This document shows, piece after piece, positions 59,143-64,000 of a stretch of 64,000 nucleotides of DNA. The translations under genes and the position numbers were made by a program. The notes beneath the pieces are model-generated. The model saw nothing but the letters and a program-made list of their open reading frames with translations, made no database searches and had not been told where the DNA came from. This DNA comes from an uncultured Coriobacteriales bacterium (lineage in GTDB: Bacteria > Actinomycetota > Coriobacteriia > Anaerosomatales > CAVXGS01). Location: NCBI GenBank assembly GCA_963761535.1, contig CAVXGS010000003.1, positions 7,048-71,047 of the forward strand. The letters are read 5' to 3'. Every line of letters begins with the position of its first letter. Positions within the stretch are counted from its first letter, which is position 1.

Positions 59143-60693
59143 GTGACCCATATCCGAGAGACCCAGCCCACCGTCTTCGTGGTGGACTTCGGGGCGCAGT
59201 ACGCGCAGCTCATCGCGCGACGCGTCCGAGAAGCCCGCGTGTTCTCCGAGATCGTGCCGTTCGACATCACCGCGGCCGAGGTCGCGGCGCGGCAGCCCGT
59301 CGCGCTGATCCTCTCCGGCGGACCAGCGAGCGTGTACGCCGATGGAGCGCCGCGGATGGACCCGGCGATCCTCGATCTGGGGATTCCCATCCTCGGCTTC
59401 TGCTATGGCATGCAGCTGATGGCGCTCGAGCTGGGCGGCACGGTGCCCAAGACCGATATCGGCGAGTACGGGTTTGCCGAGCTCACCGTCGTGGCCCCGG
59501 CGTGCGAGCTGTTCGACGGGCTGCCCGAGACGCAGCAGGTGTGGATGAGCCATCGCGACAGCGTTGGCGAGGCGCCCGCGGGGTTCTCGGTGACGGCGTC
59601 AACCGCGATCACTCCCGTCGCGGCGATGGAGCACCCCGAGCGCAAGCTCTACGCGACCCAGTTCCACCCCGAGGTCGCGCACACGAAGCACGGTCAGGAC
59701 ATCATCAAGCGCTTCCTCCACGACATCGCCGGCATCCCCGCGCTGTGGACGATGGTGAACATCATCGACGACACGGTGGAGCGGGTGCGCGAGCAGGTGG
59801 GCAGCGACCGCGTGATCTGCGGGCTCTCCGGCGGCGTCGACTCGAGCGTGGTGGCGGCCCTGCTGCACCGCGCGATCGGCGACCAGCTCACCTGCGTGTT
59901 CGTCGACCACGGCATGCTGCGGCTCGACGAGGCCGAAGACGTCGTCCGGGTGTTTCGCGACCAGTTCCGCATCGACCTGGTGCACGTGCAGGCGCAGGAG
60001 CGCTACCTGGGTCTGCTCGCCGGCGTCAGCGATCCCGAGCTCAAGCGACGCATCATCGGCGAGGAGTTCTGGAAGGTCTTCTTCGAGGAGGCCGAGCGGC
60101 TCGAGGGCGTGAAGTGGCTCGCGCAGGGGACGCTGTATCCGGACGTGATCGAGTCGGGCAACAAGCACGCCGCCAAGATCAAGAGCCACCACAACCTGAT
60201 CCCGTTCCCCGAGGGCGTGCACTTCGACCTCATCGAGCCGCTCAAGACGCTGTTCAAGGACGAGGTCCGGGCGGTCGGCGCGGAGCTGGGCCTTCCCGAC
60301 GAGATCGTCCACCGCCAGCCGTTCCCCGGTCCCGGGCTCGCGGTCCGCATCATCGGCGACATCACCGCCGAGAGGCTCGACCTGCTCCGCAAGGCGGATG
60401 CGATCGTTCGCGAGGAGATCTCGGCGTGGGACGAGAACCGCGAGGTATGGCAGTACTTCGCGGTGCTGCCGGACATCCGCAGCGTCGGCGTGATGGGGGA
60501 CGAGCGCACCTACGCGCACCCGATCATCATCCGCGCCGTGGCGTCGGCGGACGCGATGACGGCGGATTGGGCCCGGTTGCCACACGATTTGCTAGCCAAG
60601 ATGAGCAACCGGATCATCAACGAGGTCGAAGGCGTCAACCGGGTCGCCTACGACATCACCAGCAAGCCGCCGGGCACCATCGAGTGGGAGTAG
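59143..60693 (+). CDS. guaA: GMP synthase (glutamine-hydrolysing)
   Basis: 516 aa. GATase (GFCYGMQ), ATP-PPase SGGVDSS, C-terminal PPGTIEWE. Confidence 0.95.
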   Translation: MTHIRETQPTVFVVDFGAQYAQLIARRVREARVFSEIVPFDITAAEVAARQPVALILSGGPASVYADGAPRMDPAILDLGIPILGFCYGMQLMALELGGTVPKTDIGEYGFAELTVVAPACELFDGLPETQQVWMSHRDSVGEAPAGFSVTASTAITPVAAMEHPERKLYATQFHPEVAHTKHGQDIIKRFLHDIAGIPALWTMVNIIDDTVERVREQVGSDRVICGLSGGVDSSVVAALLHRAIGDQLTCVFVDHGMLRLDEAEDVVRVFRDQFRIDLVHVQAQERYLGLLAGVSDPELKRRIIGEEFWKVFFEEAERLEGVKWLAQGTLYPDVIESGNKHAAKIKSHHNLIPFPEGVHFDLIEPLKTLFKDEVRAVGAELGLPDEIVHRQPFPGPGLAVRIIGDITAERLDLLRKADAIVREEISAWDENREVWQYFAVLPDIRSVGVMGDERTYAHPIIIRAVASADAMTADWARLPHDLLAKMSNRIINEVEGVNRVAYDITSKPPGTIEWE

Positions 60694-60746
60694 ACTGCAG
60701 CTAGCGCTGAGTTGTCTGGCTCCCGCCTCGGTCGTACTCGAGCGGG

Positions 60747-62073
60747 ATGCCGACGCTGCTTCCACGGAGGCCGGTCATCGACGCCACACCCACCATCGTG
60801 CGCCGCCTCACCGCGACCGTCCTGGCCGTCGTGCTGTTCGTCGCGCTCGTGCCTGCCTCGGCGGTCGCTGCGCCGGTCGCGGGCAACCGGCTCACGTTCC
60901 CGCCGCCCCCGCCGCCGCAGCTGGTGGTGCCCTCGGCATCGCTGCAAACGATGGACGGCCAGGTAGTGCTGTGGACCCGCCAGCCCGACGCCCAGCGCCG
61001 TGTGGCCAGCACGATCAAGATGCTGAACGCGCTCGTCGTGCGCAAGAACGCCCGGCTCGACGAGGTCGCCGTGGTCCCCGCCAAGGCGGATGCGATCTGG
61101 GACGGCAGCGTGGGGCTCGTCAAGGGCCAGAAGCTCACCGTCAACCAGCTCATGCAGCTCATGCTTGTCGCTTCGGCCAACGACGCCGCCGAGACCCTCG
61201 CGATCCACATCGGAGGCACCGAAGCCAACTACGTGCGGATGATGAATGCCGAGGCCAAGCGCATCGGCCTCAAGCGCACGCGCGCCGACGGATCCCCACG
61301 GGCTCGGCAAGCGCGAGGTTTCCACGGCGAGCGACCTCACGATCCTCGCCCGCGAGTTCATGAAGGACCCCGTGCTGCGCCGGATGGTCATGCAGCGCAC
61401 CGCGCGCGTGCCCAAGCCGGGCGGCGGCAGCCGTCCGGTGAAGTCGACGGACCTACTGCTGGGCGTGTACCCGGGCATCCAGGGCGTCAAGACCGGCTTC
61501 ACGAACCCGGCGGGCTACTGCTTCGTCTCGTCCGCGAAGCGCGGTGACGTCGAACTCGTCGGTGTCGTTCTGGGCGCGAGGTCGAATTCGGCTCGGTTCG
61601 CCGAGACCCGCAAGCTGCTCGACTGGGGGTTCAAGCACTACCGACCGCGCACCGTCGTCTCGAAGGACGAGACCGCGGGCGTCGCTCCCGTGCTCGGCGG
61701 GGTCGATTCCAGCGTCACCGTGCACCCCGCTCAGACGCTGTCGATGCTCGAGTTCGACGGCGCGCCGCTCACGAGGGTGTTCCAGATCCCGACCTCCACG
61801 CCGGCTCCGGTCGCCCTCGGCCAGCAGCTCGGTCAGGTGCTCGTGGTTCGGCGGGGGAGCGTCGTGGCGACAGTCCCGCTCGTCGCCGACCGCGTCGTCG
61901 CGGTGGCGCCGCCCGAGCCGACCCAACCGTCGGCGATCGTGAGCATCAGCAACGCCCTGCAGCGCCTCGCCGACTTCTGGGGCCGACTGACCGGTGGTGG
62001 GACGCGCGCGGCCTCGGTGGGGTCTTCCGCTCGCCGAAGCCCGGGCACCGCACGGCTGGCGCGCACCCCGTAG
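60747..62073 (+). pseudogene. D-alanyl-D-alanine carboxypeptidase (peptidase S11), disrupted by one single-base shift near 61287
   Basis: Signal/TM N-terminus. SxxK (ASTIKM) and SxN (SAND) motifs lie in ORF 60747..61547. DPHGL and the KTG motif (VKTGFT) lie in ORF 61246..62073, one frame over. Confidence 0.85.
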
Positions 62074-62148
62074 TCGCACCGTCCATGCGATAATCTGCGG
62101 ACTTGTCGCCACCGGAACGACGCGCACGTGAGTGAAAGGGACGTTCCC

Positions 62149-62430
62149 ATGCCCGACGAACCCATCGATGCCGAAGCACGGATCGCCGAGCTGCGCGGTC
62201 GTATCGACGAGATCGATTGCCGCATCGTCGACCTGCTGAACGAACGCGCGCAGCACGCGCTCGAGATCCGCGACCTGAAGCCCGCCGTGCACTGGGGCCT
62301 CTACGACCCGAGGCGCGAGGAGCAGATCTTCGAGAACCTCGCCAAGTGCAACAAGGGGCCGCTCTACTCGGACAACCTGCGCGAGATCTACGAAGCCGTC
62401 CTCCACGTGATGAAGGAGCTGCGCACGTGA
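62149..62430 (+). CDS. Chorismate mutase (AroQ-type helical)
   Basis: ORF 62128..62430. ATG 62149 is preferred after [37 protein letters not shown]...R.P.REE... Confidence 0.8.
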   Translation: MPDEPIDAEARIAELRGRIDEIDCRIVDLLNERAQHALEIRDLKPAVHWGLYDPRREEQIFENLAKCNKGPLYSDNLREIYEAVLHVMKELRT

Positions 62431-63221
62431 GCGGGGACGCGGCAGCGATAGGCGCCGTGACCCACGAGGGCCCTCTCACGCTCATCGCCGGGCCTTGCTC
62501 GGTGGAGAGCCGCGAACAGATGGACGAGGTGGGTGCCGCCCTCAAGGAGCTCGGCGTTCGCGTGATGCGCGGCGGCGCCTACAAGCCCCGCACGTCGCCG
62601 TACTCGTTCCAAGGGCTCGAGGAGAAGGGGCTCGAGCTGCTGCGCGAGACCGCTGACCGCTACGGCCTGCTCGTGGTGACCGAGGTGACCGACTCGGCGC
62701 ACGCGGAGATCGTGGATGCCTACGCCGACATGATCCAGATCGGCACGCGCAACATGGCCAACTTCTCCCTGCTCAAGCGCATCGGTCAGGTGACTGCCGA
62801 GTCGCGCAAGCCGGTGGTGTTCAAGCGCGGGATGTCCGCGACCATCGAGGAGTGGCTGCAGGCCTCCGAGTACATCACGATGCTCGGCAACACCAACGTG
62901 ATCCTGTGCGAGCGCGGCATCCGCACGTTCGAGACCGCGACGCGCTTCACGCTCGACATCTCCGCCGTGCCGGTGGTCAACAAGCTCTCGCTGCTGCCGA
63001 TCATCGTCGACGTGTCCCATCCCGTCGGCCAAGCCGATCTCGTGCCCGCCGTAGCGAAGGCCGCGGTGGCTGTGGGGGCGGACGGCCTGATGATCGAAGT
63101 GCACCCCAATCCCCGCGAGGCGCTGTGCGACGGGCCGCAATCACTCGACCTTGCAGGATTCGCTGCGCTCGTCGGCGAACTAAGGTCGGTGGCGAAGGCC
63201 GTCGGCCGAGAGGTCGCCTGA
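62427..63221 (+). CDS. 3-deoxy-7-phosphoheptulonate (DAHP) synthase, type I-beta
   Basis: ORF 62217..63221, trimmed to GTG 62427 (GTGA overlap with the chorismate mutase stop). [32 protein letters not shown] motifs. Confidence 0.9.
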   Translation: MSGDAAAIGAVTHEGPLTLIAGPCSVESREQMDEVGAALKELGVRVMRGGAYKPRTSPYSFQGLEEKGLELLRETADRYGLLVVTEVTDSAHAEIVDAYADMIQIGTRNMANFSLLKRIGQVTAESRKPVVFKRGMSATIEEWLQASEYITMLGNTNVILCERGIRTFETATRFTLDISAVPVVNKLSLLPIIVDVSHPVGQADLVPAVAKAAVAVGADGLMIEVHPNPREALCDGPQSLDLAGFAALVGELRSVAKAVGREVA

Positions 63222-63282
63222 GTACCAACTGCGAGGCCCCAGGCGCGCACTCCCGACCGGCAGACCGATCGGTCTTTCGCCG

Positions 63283-63501
63283 GTGAGGGGGGCTGTGTCG
63301 GAATCGCAGGGACTTGGCCGGATCTGCACCCACTGCGGCAGTGCTCACACGCGCCGTTTGGGCGATTGTTCCGTCTGTGGGCGCGTTGTCTGCGAACACT
63401 GCGGGAACGTCCAGTACTCGGACGGCGATCGCAAGACCGTGCACCACGAATGCCTTAAGGAGCACGGCAAAGGCTTGAAGATGATCCGCTTCGTTCAGTA
63501 G
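63283..63501 (+). CDS. Small Cys/His-rich putative zinc-binding protein (72 aa)
   Basis: ORF with CTHC-x10-CSVC-x4-CEHC...HHEC. The start is uncertain. No family recognised. Confidence 0.4.
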   Translation: MRGAVSESQGLGRICTHCGSAHTRRLGDCSVCGRVVCEHCGNVQYSDGDRKTVHHECLKEHGKGLKMIRFVQ

Positions 63502-63586
63502 CGGTGGGCGCGGCATCGTGCCCCCAGGATGCCGCGTCCACCGCTCGGTTCCATCACACTCATCGAGCGGTTACACTTGCTCGGCT

Positions 63587-64000
63587 ATGCACCTCGATCT
63601 CACCTCCCTCAACGACCCGCAACGCGACGCCGTGCTCTCCACCGAGGGCCCGTTGCTGGTGCTCGCGGGTGCCGGATCGGGCAAGACCCGCGTCCTGACG
63701 TTCCGCATCGCGCACCTCGTCCGCGAGTGCGGGATCTCGCCGGCCGAGATCCTTGCGATCACGTTCACCAACAAGGCCGCCGCCGAGATGCGCGAGCGTC
63801 TGGGCGACCTTGTCGGACCCGGCGTGCGGTCGATGTGGGTCATGACGTTCCACGCGATGTGCGTTCGGATGCTGCGGCTCGACGCCGAGCTGGTCGGGTT
63901 CACCCGCTCGTTCTCGATCTACGACGAGGACGACCGCAAGCGGATGGTGAAGTCGGTGATGGCCGACCTCGAGATCTCCGAGCAGCGCTATCCGGTGAAC
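63587..64000 (+). CDS. UvrD/PcrA-type ATP-dependent DNA helicase, N-terminal part (3' end outside window)
   Basis: Hand translation from ATG 63587: [45 protein letters not shown]...ITFTNKAAAEMRERL. Open to the window end. Confidence 0.88.
   Translation, partial: MHLDLTSLNDPQRDAVLSTEGPLLVLAGAGSGKTRVLTFRIAHLVRECGISPAEILAITFTNKAAAEMRERLGDLVGPGVRSMWVMTFHAMCVRMLRLDAELVGFTRSFSIYDEDDRKRMVKSVMADLEISEQRYPVN

Noticed and set aside
62420-62435. Chorismate mutase/DAHP synthase boundary as another frameshift pseudogene.
   Set aside because: The boundary is a clean GTGA stop/start overlap like those at adk/map, tsaE/tsaB and GT4/LysE. The frame change has the opposite sign to all the others.

Overview
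High-GC bacterial chromosomal segment made almost entirely of core housekeeping genes. Gene order: rpoC 3' end, then a complete canonical str-S10-spc-alpha ribosomal superoperon (rpsL to rplQ, with secY, adk, map, infA, rpmJ and rpoA, but no tuf after fusA). Next come ecfA1-ecfA2-ecfT-truA-rplM-rpsI-glmM, a glmS ribozyme, and glmS-acpS-nnr-CBS-alr. A nine-gene V/A-type ATPase operon follows, then one orphan minus-strand gene, a nitroreductase and a family-4 UDG. After that: tsaE-tsaB-rimI::tsaD-groES-groEL, a large secreted multihaem cytochrome c, LysE, a GT4 glycosyltransferase, ychF, EamA and an Amidase_3/CWB2 hydrolase. The window ends with guaB3-like-guaA, a DD-carboxypeptidase, chorismate mutase/DAHP synthase, a small Cys-rich protein and the 5' end of a UvrD/PcrA helicase. 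The alr-tsaEBD-groESL-guaB3 backbone matches actinobacterial synteny. The rplQ-ecfAAT-truA arrangement, the glmS ribozyme and the CWB2 repeats are Firmicutes-like. Together these suggest a deep-branching Actinomycetota lineage (inference only). I found no tRNA, rRNA, CRISPR array, transposase, integrase or recognisable defence, toxin or secondary-metabolite system, and I do not see a convincing novel multi-gene system. Points worth a second look: (1) 14 apparent single-base insertions, all of the same sign, confined to six genes beyond 38 kb, seven of them in the cytochrome gene; this could be assembly error or very recent decay. (2) The surface-type multihaem cytochrome itself. (3) A V-type ATPase operon wedged into the conserved alr-tsaE junction, with a frameshifted catalytic A subunit. 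(4) An RpoA-CTD-like helix-hairpin-helix domain at the C-terminus of RpoC. (5) A RimI-TsaD fusion. (6) Unusually long, hairpin-rich spacers inside the ribosomal operons. Coordinates of non-coding elements were read by eye and may be off by 1-2 nt.
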